DNA from: Longivirga aurantiaca
Lineage (GTDB): Bacteria > Actinomycetota > Actinomycetes > S36-B12 > CAIYMF01
Assembly: GCF_042660085.1 (NCBI RefSeq)
Contig: NZ_JBHSTI010000008.1
Coordinates: forward strand, 60,001 to 92,000
Length of the DNA stretch: 32,000 nt
Direction of reading: 5' to 3'
How positions within the stretch are numbered: position 1 is the stretch's first letter; each line of letters starts with the position of its first letter. The notes beneath the pieces are model-generated. The model did no database searches, was not told the origin of the DNA, and worked only from the letters and a program-made list of their open reading frames with translations. Positions 18,340 to 26,215 of the stretch are shown one piece after another. The translations under genes were made by a program, and so were the position numbers.

Positions 18340-18876
18340 GTGGACGCCGCCGAGAACGCTGCACCTGCCACCACCACGTCGGTCGCGGAGGTGTTCCGTC
18401 CGCCCGGCGGCGAGTGGGTGCGGGTGTCGCCCGTCCTCGCCCGCGCCTACCGCATCGAGCTCGCGATCTCGCTCGGCCTCGGCGTGCTGCTGGTGTGCGG
18501 CGGACTGCTGCTGATCCCCGACGTCCCGCGTGTGATCCCGATGGTGATCGCGCTCGTGGCGCTGGTCGCCTTCGTGTGGATCTGGATCGTGATCGGGCGG
18601 CGCGTCACGTCGTGGGGGTACGCCGAGCGCGCGGACGACCTGCTCGTCACGAGCGGGATCCTGTTCCGCCGCCTGGTGATCGTGCCCTACGGCCGCATGC
18701 AGCTCGTCGATGTCACCGCCGGGCCGCTGCACCGCGCGCTCGGCATCACCACCGTGCAGCTGCACACCGCGGCTGCCACGAGCGACGCGCGGATCCCCGG
18801 CCTCACGCCGGACATCGCCGCCGACCTGCGCGACCGGCTCGCCCGTCGCGGCGAGGAGAGGTCGGCAGGGCTGTGA
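18340..18876 (+). CDS. YdbS-like bPH_2 (DUF304) membrane protein
   Basis: 178 aa with two TM helices followed by a bacterial PH domain (LLVTSGILFRRLVIVPYGRMQLVDVTAGPLHRALGITTVQLHTA). Confidence 0.85.
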   Translation: MDAAENAAPATTTSVAEVFRPPGGEWVRVSPVLARAYRIELAISLGLGVLLVCGGLLLIPDVPRVIPMVIALVALVAFVWIWIVIGRRVTSWGYAERADDLLVTSGILFRRLVIVPYGRMQLVDVTAGPLHRALGITTVQLHTAAATSDARIPGLTPDIAADLRDRLARRGEERSAGL

Positions 18877-20336
18877 GCGAGCAGGACCCGCTCTCGTTCG
18901 AGGTCTTCAAGCCTGGTCGCCCCGACGAGCAGGGGCGCCGCAAGGTGCACCCGCTCACCCCCTTGATCCAGGCTGTGCGCTGGTGGCCGGCGGTGCTCGT
19001 CGCCGTCGTGGCCATGCCGGGGCAGATGGATGTGAGCGTCGGTGGCGGCGCCGTGGCGATCGGCGGTGGCGTGCTGATCCTCATCACCTCGCTCGCCATC
19101 GGCTGGAACTACCTCGCATGGCAGCGGCTGTCGTTCTGGTTCGACGACGACGGCGACCTCCGCGTGCAGAGCGGCGTGCTCACCAAGCAGGAGCGGCGGC
19201 TGCAGGTGTCGCGGCTGCAGTCGGTCGACGTGCTGCAGCCGCTGCTCGCGCGGCTCGCCGGTCTCGCCGAGGTGCGCATCGAGGTGGCAGGAGCCGGCGA
19301 CTCGCGGCAGAGCCTGCAGTTCCTCACGCTGGCCGACGCCAACGCCCTGCGCAACGAGGTGATCGCGCGCTCGGCCGGCGTACGCCATGACGCCGAGGAG
19401 GCCCCCGAGACGCTGCTCGCGAAGGTGCCTCCGGGCGACCTCGTGCTGTCGCTGGTGCTGCGCCTCGAGACGGCGATGCTGCTCCTGCTGACGGCGCTCC
19501 TCGTCACGGTCACGCTGAGCACGGCGGGCCCTGCCGGCCTGGTGTTCGTGCTCATCGGCGGTGTGCCGATCTTCAGCGTGTTCGCGCAGTTCTCGCGCTA
19601 CTACGACTTCACCGTGGCCGAGTCCCCGGACGGCCTGCGGCTGCGGCACGGGCTGCTGCAGCGCACGCGGCAGACCGTCCCGCCGGGCCGCGTGCAGGCG
19701 GTGGGCTTCGTGCAGCCGATCCTGTGGCGCAAGCGCAACTGGGTGCGCGTGCGGCTGAACATCGCGGGGGCGGCGTCCGGCTCGCAGGGCAGCGGCGACC
19801 AGTCGTACACCGAGAACGTGCTGCTTCCGGTGGCCCCGTGGCCGGTCGCGCTCGCGATCGTCGGGCGCGTGCTGCCCGGCGTCGACATCATGTCGATCCC
19901 GCTGATCCCCGCGCCCGAACGCTCGCAGAAGCGCGCCTGGATCCAGTGGCGCCAGCTCGGCCTGGGCTGGAACGACGAGGTCTTCGTGTCCCGCGGCGGC
20001 CGCATCACCCAGCACTGGGAGGTCGTGCCGCACGCGCGCACGCAGTCGGTGCGTGTCACGCAGGGCCCCTGGCAGCGCTCGCTCGGGCTCGCCTCGCTGC
20101 ACATCGACTCGACCCCGGGCGCGGTGAAGATCACGGCGCACCACCGTGATGCGGGAGAGGTACGCCGCATCGCCCAGGAGCAGGCCGATCGCGCTGCCGT
20201 GGCGCGCGCCGCAGACCGGTCGCTGCGCTGGGCCGCGCCCACCGATGCCGCCGCGCCGTCGGACGAGGAACCGCCGGCTCGGGACGAGGTCTCGAGCGGC
20301 ACCACGGTCCTGCCCGCTGCCGACCCCGGCGACTGA
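18873..20336 (+). CDS. YdbT-like membrane protein with repeated bPH_2 domains
   Basis: GTG at 18873 overlaps the upstream stop (GTGA). Repeated TM pairs are each followed by PH-like segments (LRVQSGVLTKQERRLQVSRLQSVDVLQPLLARLAGLAEVRIEVAG; LRLRHGLLQRTRQTVPPGRVQAV; VSRGGRITQHWEVVPHARTQSVRVTQGPWQRSLGLASLHIDS). Confidence 0.85.
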   Translation: MSEQDPLSFEVFKPGRPDEQGRRKVHPLTPLIQAVRWWPAVLVAVVAMPGQMDVSVGGGAVAIGGGVLILITSLAIGWNYLAWQRLSFWFDDDGDLRVQSGVLTKQERRLQVSRLQSVDVLQPLLARLAGLAEVRIEVAGAGDSRQSLQFLTLADANALRNEVIARSAGVRHDAEEAPETLLAKVPPGDLVLSLVLRLETAMLLLLTALLVTVTLSTAGPAGLVFVLIGGVPIFSVFAQFSRYYDFTVAESPDGLRLRHGLLQRTRQTVPPGRVQAVGFVQPILWRKRNWVRVRLNIAGAASGSQGSGDQSYTENVLLPVAPWPVALAIVGRVLPGVDIMSIPLIPAPERSQKRAWIQWRQLGLGWNDEVFVSRGGRITQHWEVVPHARTQSVRVTQGPWQRSLGLASLHIDSTPGAVKITAHHRDAGEVRRIAQEQADRAAVARAADRSLRWAAPTDAAAPSDEEPPARDEVSSGTTVLPAADPGD

Positions 20337-20339
20337 GGA

Positions 20340-21287
20340 TCAGTTCTCGACCGATCCGGCGAGCAGCCCCCTGACGAAGTAGCGCTGCAGCACGAAGAAC
20401 AGGGTCAGGGGCACGACCAGCGCGACGAACGCACCCGCCGTCAGCAGGTGCTCCTGCTGGCCGTAGCCGCCCTTCAGGACGGCGAGGTAGGCCGTGACCG
20501 GAGCGACGTCCGGCGAACCGGTCGAGAACGTGATGGCCACGATGAGGTCGTTCCAGATCCAGAGGAACTCGAAGATCGCCAGCGAGGCGAGCATCGGCGT
20601 AGCCAGCGGCAGGACGAGGCGGCGGAAGATCTGCACGTGCGCGGCGCCGTCCACCCTCGCGGCGTCGAACAGCTCGCGCGGCAGCCGCGCGACGGTGCCG
20701 TAGAGCAGGAACACCATGAGCGGCAGCACGAGCATGAGGTGCGTGATCCAGAGCGGCACGTAGGTGCCGGCGAGGTACGACGTCCCTGTGGAGGGGTCCA
20801 CGATCCGGGGCAGGATCGGGATGGGCCCGAGCGACCACCCCTGCCCGAAGAGCGCGGACAGCGGCACCAGCGCCATCTGCACCGGAACCACCTGCAGGGC
20901 GACGATGCCCGCCAGGACGAGGCGCGATCCTCGGAAGGGCAGCCACACCAGCGCGTAGGCCGCCATGCACGCGAGCACCAGGCCGATCACCACCACCGGC
21001 AGCGCGATCACGACGGAGTTGACCAGGTACGGCGTGATCCCGGTCGGCAGCGTCTCGCCGCCGGACAGCACCTCCTGGTAGTTCTCGGTGGTGAAGGTCC
21101 AGTCCTGGAACGCGACCCACCACCCGCTGTAGGCGGACTTCTCGCTCGGTCGCAGCGACGTCACCAGCAGGCCGAACGTCGGGATGGTCCACACCACGGT
21201 GAGCGCGACCACGGCCGCAGCCGCCCACGGGCTCGCCGCACGCCCAGGGCCGCGGGGCGACAGGCTGCGACGTCGGCTCACAGGCAC
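20340..21287 (-). CDS. Carbohydrate-type (CUT1, MalG-like) ABC transporter permease, solo
   Basis: EAA loop DAARVDGAAHVQIFRRLVLPLATP, six hydrophobic helices, and a C-terminus LFFVLQRYFVRGLLAGSVEN. The start is taken at GTG 21287 (21281 is also possible). The remaining 5' part of ORF 20340..21575 looks non-coding. Confidence 0.85.
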   Translation of the reverse strand: MPVSRRRSLSPRGPGRAASPWAAAAVVALTVVWTIPTFGLLVTSLRPSEKSAYSGWWVAFQDWTFTTENYQEVLSGGETLPTGITPYLVNSVVIALPVVVIGLVLACMAAYALVWLPFRGSRLVLAGIVALQVVPVQMALVPLSALFGQGWSLGPIPILPRIVDPSTGTSYLAGTYVPLWITHLMLVLPLMVFLLYGTVARLPRELFDAARVDGAAHVQIFRRLVLPLATPMLASLAIFEFLWIWNDLIVAITFSTGSPDVAPVTAYLAVLKGGYGQQEHLLTAGAFVALVVPLTLFFVLQRYFVRGLLAGSVEN

Positions 21288-21391
21288 ACTCTGGAGCGTC
21301 CCCGCCCGCCGGACCGTGCATTCCCGAGTGTTCCCGGGCTGGGATCGCCCGACGGGCTCGAGGGAGGCCCCGCTCGGACGCGACGAGGCGA

Positions 21392-21595
21392 TCAGGTCTC
21401 GCTGGCGTCGGACGCCGAGAGCGCCTCCTGCCAGACGCGGGACGCCTCGTCCTGACCGAGCTTGGCGACGGCGAGCCGCCACAGCTCGCGGAGCTCGGCA
21501 CGGTCCGCCCGGGCGACCTCGGTGAGGAACCAGGCGTACGAGTGCTCGGGCGGCTGCCCGCCGTCGTCGGTCCACCGTGCGGTGTCGTCGCCCAT
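21392..21595 (-). CDS. Small hypothetical protein (67 aa)
   Basis: ATG at 21595 inside ORF 21392..22057. GC3 is high (MGDDTARWTDDGGQPPEHSYAWFLTEVARADRAELRELWRLAVAKLGQDEASRVWQEAL...). No family is recognised. Confidence 0.5.
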   Translation of the reverse strand: MGDDTARWTDDGGQPPEHSYAWFLTEVARADRAELRELWRLAVAKLGQDEASRVWQEALSASDASET

Positions 21596-21675
21596 GTCAG
21601 CCCCTGCCGTCGCTTCCACCGTACGTCGGCGCCGACGGACGGGCCAGGGAGCAGGGGGCCGATCGTAGAGCGGGC

Positions 21676-22032
21676 TCAGCCGTCGAGCGGCTGCCAGAGC
21701 TCGAACCGGTTGCCCTCGGGATCGACGGCGTACCCGAACCGGCCGTAGCTCTCGTCGATGACGTCGTCCTCGACCGTCGCGCCGGCCGCCCGCAGCTGGG
21801 CGAGCATCGCGTCGAGGTCGGTGACGCGGAAGTTGAGCATCGTCTGCTGCTCGCGCCGTCCGAAGTAGTCGGTGTCGGCCGGGAAGGGTGCGAAGACGGT
21901 CATGCCCGCCTCCTGCTCCCACGGTGCGCCGCCCACCCCGGCGATGCCGAGGTTGGCCTCGTACCAGGAAGTCAGGGCCTCCGGGTCCGCGGCGCGGAAG
22001 AAGTAGCCCCCGATGCCCGAGACGCGTTCCAT
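21676..22032 (-). CDS. VOC / glyoxalase-bleomycin-resistance family protein
   Basis: ATG at 22032 (MERVSGIGGYFFRA...). The C-terminus YGRFGYAVDPEGNRFELWQP is typical of a VOC beta-alpha-beta-beta-beta module. Confidence 0.8.
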   Translation of the reverse strand: MERVSGIGGYFFRAADPEALTSWYEANLGIAGVGGAPWEQEAGMTVFAPFPADTDYFGRREQQTMLNFRVTDLDAMLAQLRAAGATVEDDVIDESYGRFGYAVDPEGNRFELWQPLDG

Positions 22033-22071
22033 GCCGCCGAATATCGCACGCCGGCACCGGATGCGGTCCCG

Positions 22072-22093
22072 GTTCACCGAACGTTCACCACTG
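22072..22093 (+). promoter_or_regulatory. Tandem 11-nt direct repeat GTTCACCGAAC|GTTCACCACTG (PHO-box-like), second copy
   Basis: Same core and phasing as 15083-15104, and both are followed by GACG(G)CTGTGC(C)GGT. It lies about 40 nt upstream of the VOC start on the opposite strand, and about 170 nt upstream of the HNH gene. Confidence 0.5.
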
Positions 22094-22259
22094 ACGCTGT
22101 GCGGTCGGCGAGCGCCGCACGGGTGTGGATCTGGTGACCGGGCGGCTGCCCCGAGCGCCCGGGTGCGGGTGCTGTGGACGACACGCCGTAGGTGCTGACC
22201 TGTGGATGGGAATCGCCGAAAGTCGTTGGGATTGTTGGGCTTCAGGGGTTGTATGTTTG

Positions 22260-22275
22260 TAGAACATGTGTACGA
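22260..22275. promoter_or_regulatory. SOS-box-like palindrome TAGAACATGTGTACGA overlapping the HNH gene start codon
   Basis: It matches the actinobacterial LexA consensus TCGAAC-N4-GTTCGA at 10 of 12 defined positions. TATGTT (22252-22257) is a -10-like hexamer 8 nt before ATG 22266, which is compatible with a leaderless transcript. Confidence 0.45.
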
Positions 22276-23861
22276 TTAGATTCTTGAGCACCGCCACCCT
22301 CCCTCCCGTCGCCGACCTGGTCGGTGACGTTCGCGAGGTCCGTGCGGTGCTGGGTCGGATCGGTGCTGCGGTCGCTGCGGGGGAGCATCGCCGTGTCTCG
22401 GCAGTTCGGTGCGCCGGGCTGACCGCCGAGCTGCTGGGCGCGCTGTCGGTGGGGCAGGCCGCTGTGGCCGGGCTCGGCAAGCGGGCGGACGACTCCAAGG
22501 AGCTCCGCGCCCAGGGCTTCGCGTCGCTGCATGCCTACCTCCTGGCCGGCGTCGGCCTGTCCAAGGGTCATGCGTCGGCCGTGGTCGGCCAGGGTCGCGC
22601 CCTCGAGCGCTACCCCGACGTGCGAGCGGCCGTGCTCGCCGGCGAGATCTGCGTCGACGCCGCCCAGGCCGTCACCGAGGCGGTCGACCGCGCGGTCGCC
22701 GACGTCGAGAAGGCCGATCGCGCCGATGCTCGGGCGGCGGGCGAGGCGATCATGCTGCCGCTGGCCCGAACGCTTCCTGTCGCGGATGTGGTCGCGGCGG
22801 GGAAGAGGCTGCTCGACGCGCTCGACCCCGAGTCCGCTGCCCGCAAGGCCTTGGAGTCGTTCGAGAAGGCGCGGCTGCGGTGCGCGCAGGTCGGCGACCA
22901 GTACGTCATCCACGGCACCGTCCCCATCGAGACCGGGGTCGCATTCGTGACGATCCTCGAGCGGCTCGTCGACCAGCGCTACCGGTCCGGGTCGCTGCGG
23001 GAGGACGAGCAGCCCACCGGTGACGATGCCGAGGACACGCGCCGGCGCCGTCACGCCCGCGACCGGCTGTGGGCGGAGGCGTTCGACGAGCTCGTGCGTG
23101 GGCTGCTCGGCAACCCCGAGCTCGCGGGCCTCGGCACCCTGCACGGCGCATCGCCGCACGTCACGATCATCGCCGAGCAGGGCGCGCTCGACTCCGGCCT
23201 CGGCGGCGAGATCGTCGCTCCTTGCGCCGACGCCCCGATCCCTGTCCCCGCGCAGACCGTCGAGCGGATCCTGTGCAACGCTCGGGTCACCGAGATCGTC
23301 ACCACCGGCTCGAGCCCGGACCTCTCGGGTGCGGCACTGCGGATCTCGCGCTTCCGGCGGGCGGACGACGAGACCCCGGACGGCTGCTGGATCGATCCCC
23401 GCGACGAACTGCCGCCGGTCCTCGGACTGGTCGACCTCGTGGGCATTGCAGAGCCGGCTGGCGACGGTCTGCCCAGCCCCCTCGCGCTGCTGACACGCCA
23501 GCACCACGTCTTCTGCCACGGTCGCGACTACCGCACGGCACCCCTGACCCTCCGCCGTGCGCTTGAGGCGCGCGACCGGCACTGCCGGTTCCCCGGATGC
23601 CGCGTCGACCCCAGCCGGTGCGAGGCCCACCACGTGCTCGAGTGGGAGCTCGGCGGCCCGACCTGCCTGTCGAACCTGGTGCTCCTCTGCCGGGCCCACC
23701 ACATGCTCGTCCACGAGGGCGGCTGGCGGATCGTGATCGACGACCGGCACGACGCCGGGCACCCCGACTACTTCCGATTCGACCCGCCCGAGCGAGGTCG
23801 CGGATCCCGGTACGCAGCGACCACCGCCTTCGGCCGACCACCCGACCGATCCCAGCCCTGA
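22266..23861 (+). CDS. DUF222 + HNH endonuclease protein (REP13E12-like, putatively mobile)
   Basis: 531 aa. A long N-terminal DUF222-like region is followed by an HNH nuclease motif (RHCRFPGCRVDPSRCEAHHVLEWELGGPTCLSNLVLLCRAHHMLVHEGGW). It is preceded by a local low-GC tract at about 22195-22300. Confidence 0.85.
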   Translation: MCTIRFLSTATLPPVADLVGDVREVRAVLGRIGAAVAAGEHRRVSAVRCAGLTAELLGALSVGQAAVAGLGKRADDSKELRAQGFASLHAYLLAGVGLSKGHASAVVGQGRALERYPDVRAAVLAGEICVDAAQAVTEAVDRAVADVEKADRADARAAGEAIMLPLARTLPVADVVAAGKRLLDALDPESAARKALESFEKARLRCAQVGDQYVIHGTVPIETGVAFVTILERLVDQRYRSGSLREDEQPTGDDAEDTRRRRHARDRLWAEAFDELVRGLLGNPELAGLGTLHGASPHVTIIAEQGALDSGLGGEIVAPCADAPIPVPAQTVERILCNARVTEIVTTGSSPDLSGAALRISRFRRADDETPDGCWIDPRDELPPVLGLVDLVGIAEPAGDGLPSPLALLTRQHHVFCHGRDYRTAPLTLRRALEARDRHCRFPGCRVDPSRCEAHHVLEWELGGPTCLSNLVLLCRAHHMLVHEGGWRIVIDDRHDAGHPDYFRFDPPERGRGSRYAATTAFGRPPDRSQP

Positions 23862-23960
23862 GACCCCAGCGGGGGAGCTGCGTTCTCAGGGCGCCTGCAC
23901 TGTGCCGCGCACGGCGCGGACCCTCAGCGCGATGCGCTGCCCCTCCACTCGAACCACCCA

Positions 23961-23988
23961 GCCGGGACGACGACGTCGTCATCCCGGC
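23961..23988. terminator. GC-rich hairpin downstream of the HNH gene
   Basis: GCCGGGACGACGAC / GTCGTCATCCCGGC gives a 14-bp inverted repeat with one mismatch and includes the perfect palindrome GACGACGTCGTC. It starts 100 nt after the 23861 stop. Confidence 0.4.
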
Positions 23989-24062
23989 CACACGCATGTC
24001 CGAGCCTGCGCCCCCACAGCCGCCCAATATCCGGCTACTCGGCGTCGCCGCGGATGGACGAT

Positions 24063-24111
24063 TCGGTAGTGGAATCTCGCCCTCTGCCCCGACTTTCCAC
24101 TACCAAATCGC
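24063..24111. repeat. Degenerate copy B of the palindromic repeat seen at 11400-11448
   Basis: TCGGTAGTGGAATCTCGCCCTCTGCCCCGACTTTCCACTACCAAATCGC is 41/49 identical to copy A. Only the outer stem of about 10 bp is retained. Like copy A, it lies between convergent 3' ends. Confidence 0.65.
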
Positions 24112-24160
24112 GCTCCGACGTGCCGATTGCGATCGGGTGGACGCGGTAGGCAGAAGCCGG

Positions 24161-25198
24161 TCAGACGTCGGTGCGGATCCACCAGAAGGCGCCGAGGCCG
24201 TTCGGGTCGATCAGCTCGGCGGTCTCCGACGACGCTGCCAGAGCGTCGAGGTACGCCGGGGGATCGCTGACCGAGAGCGCGTGGTCCGGCAGCGAGGCGT
24301 CGACCCCGAGCGAGAGCAGCGCCTCGCGCTGACGGACGACGGAGGCGCCGGCCCTGTGCGCGAGCGCGTCGACTGCGACGTGCGCTGTGAGGTTGCACGT
24401 GCCGTCGGGCACCGGCGCCACGACGTCGCCTGAGCGGTAGCCGGTGAGTGAGCCGTCCGACGGTCGCGTCTCGCGGGTGTGGCCGTAGTCGACGGCGAGG
24501 GCGATGCCGGCGTCGAGGCACGACACGACCTCCTGCCAGAGGTCGTCGCGCGGAAGGCCGATCTCGGCGCGGTCGCCCGGGGAGGCGAGCGGCCACCAGG
24601 CCGACAGCCAGGTGCGGGCGCGTGCGGCGTCGAGGCCGTGGGCCGCCCACGCGTCGTCGTCGGTGAGCGCAGGCCCGAGCGACTCGGCGCCGGACGCGTC
24701 CACGAGGACGAGTCGCGGGACGCCGGAGGAGTCCACCGAGACGATGTCGCACGGCACGTCGTCCAGCAGCTCGTGCGCCACGAGGAGGCCGCGCAGCCCA
24801 CGGGGCACGGAATCGGGCGCCCAGCCCTCGATCCAGCGGATGCGCGGGTCGAGGCCGACCGGGCGGCGGCGTACGTCGACCGCGGTGATCCGCAGCCGCG
24901 ACCCGACCGACGGCGGCAGAGCGGCCAGCACCGAGACGAGCAGCTCGCCGCGGCCGGTGCCGACGTCGACGAGGTCGAGCGGGTCCGGGCGGCCGAGCCC
25001 GGCGTCGACCGCGAGCAGCAGCCGCGCGAGCGCAGCGCCGAGCGCCGGCCCCACGTGCGCGGAGGTGCGGAAGTGCGAGGCGGGTTGCTGCGGAGCGCGC
25101 CCGTCGGCCCCGGCGTAGAACGACGACGCCGCGCGCCGCCAGGCGAGCGACCACGGCACCGCGGCCGCGGTGTCGGGTGAGTCGGGCACGGTCGGCAC
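24161..25198 (-). CDS. SAM-dependent methyltransferase, MidA / COG1565 (DUF185) family
   Basis: 345 aa. SAM-binding motif LVDVGTGRGELL, followed by LLVAHELLDDVPCD, DYGH and DLTAHVAVDAL-type motifs in the family order. The start is GTG at 25198. Confidence 0.75.
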   Translation of the reverse strand: MPTVPDSPDTAAAVPWSLAWRRAASSFYAGADGRAPQQPASHFRTSAHVGPALGAALARLLLAVDAGLGRPDPLDLVDVGTGRGELLVSVLAALPPSVGSRLRITAVDVRRRPVGLDPRIRWIEGWAPDSVPRGLRGLLVAHELLDDVPCDIVSVDSSGVPRLVLVDASGAESLGPALTDDDAWAAHGLDAARARTWLSAWWPLASPGDRAEIGLPRDDLWQEVVSCLDAGIALAVDYGHTRETRPSDGSLTGYRSGDVVAPVPDGTCNLTAHVAVDALAHRAGASVVRQREALLSLGVDASLPDHALSVSDPPAYLDALAASSETAELIDPNGLGAFWWIRTDV

Positions 25199-25300
25199 AC
25201 GTGCACGCTACCGGCGTCGTTAGGCTGACAGTGTTCGGCAGAAGCACGCCCACCCAGTCAGCGACCGGTACCCGAGAGGGACCGGAACGAGAGGCCGCTC

Positions 25301-26215
25301 GTGACCGACGCAGACCCCACGCACGACGCCGCACCGCCGCGACTCTCGGTCGGCGTCGTCGGCACCGGTCGTGCGGGCGCCGTGCTCGGTGCAGCGCTCG
25401 CCCGCGCGGGTCATCCCGTGGTCGCGGCGTACGCCGTCAGCGACACGAGCAGGCTGCGCGCCGAAGCCCTCCTGCCGGGAGTGCCGCTCGTGCCCGTGGT
25501 CGATGTGCTAGCCGCCGCTGACCTCGTGCTGCTCACCGTTCCGGACGACGTGCTGCCCGGGCTCGTGGCCGGCCTGGCCGAGACGTCGTCGTTCCACGCG
25601 GGCCAGTTCGTCGCGCACGCGAGCGGCCGCCACGGCTACGGCGTGCTCGACCCCGCGACGCGCCAGGGCACCCTCCCGCTCGCGCTGCACCCGGTGATGA
25701 CGCTCACCGGCACGTCGCTCGATCTCGCGCGGCTCACGGGCTGCCCGTTCGGCGTGACGGCGCCCGACCAGCTGCGGCCGGTCGCTGAGGCGCTCGTCGT
25801 GGAGATGGGCGGCGACCCGGTGTGGGTCGAGGAGGGGAGTCGCGCGCTCTACCACGCGGCCCTCGCGCACGGCGCGAACCACCTCGTCACGCTGGTCGCG
25901 CAGACCCTCGACCTGCTGTCGTCCGCAGGTGTCGAGCACCCCGCCCGGCTCGTCGCGCCGCTGATGACTGCGGCGCTCGACAACGCGCTGCGGCAGGGTG
26001 ATGCGGCGCTTACCGGGCCCGTCGCGCGTGGTGACGCCGGTACGGTCGCTGCGCACGTCCGTGCGATCGGCGAGGTGTCGCCGGAGGCGCGGACGGCGTA
26101 CGTCGCGCTCGCGCGCGTCACGGCCGACCGCGCGCTCGCTGCTGGCACCCTGAAGGCCGCGAGCGCAGAGGCCCTGCTCGACGTGCTTGTCGGAACAGAC
26201 GAGGAGAAGCGATGA
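25301..26215 (+). CDS. Rossmann-fold + DUF2520 oxidoreductase-like protein (first gene of the panC operon)
   Basis: GTG at 25301 with GAGAGG 6 nt upstream. It has an N-terminal dinucleotide fold VGVVGTGRAGAVLGAALARAGH and a C-terminal DUF2520-like GPVARGD motif. The stop overlaps the panC ATG. Confidence 0.8.
   Translation: MTDADPTHDAAPPRLSVGVVGTGRAGAVLGAALARAGHPVVAAYAVSDTSRLRAEALLPGVPLVPVVDVLAAADLVLLTVPDDVLPGLVAGLAETSSFHAGQFVAHASGRHGYGVLDPATRQGTLPLALHPVMTLTGTSLDLARLTGCPFGVTAPDQLRPVAEALVVEMGGDPVWVEEGSRALYHAALAHGANHLVTLVAQTLDLLSSAGVEHPARLVAPLMTAALDNALRQGDAALTGPVARGDAGTVAAHVRAIGEVSPEARTAYVALARVTADRALAAGTLKAASAEALLDVLVGTDEEKR

Noticed and set aside
21288-21575. N-terminal 96-codon extension of the permease ORF (start at 21575)
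   Set aside because: The extension is Arg/Ala/Pro-rich, has no TM helix, and overlaps the separately well-supported 67-aa ORF region. The MalG-type length fits the GTG at 21287.
21624-21637. Perfect 14-bp palindrome CGTCGGCGCCGACG between the VOC stop and the 67-aa ORF start
   Set aside because: It has no loop and is very GC-rich, and similar short GC palindromes arise by chance at this composition. There is no second copy or positional argument strong enough to report it.
15083-22093. The two same-orientation GTTCACC repeat sites as att-like direct repeats bounding a 7-kb island
   Set aside because: The enclosed segment includes the conserved bPH_2 pair, which belongs to the core synteny, and no integrase or recombinase is present. 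A regulatory-site interpretation fits better.
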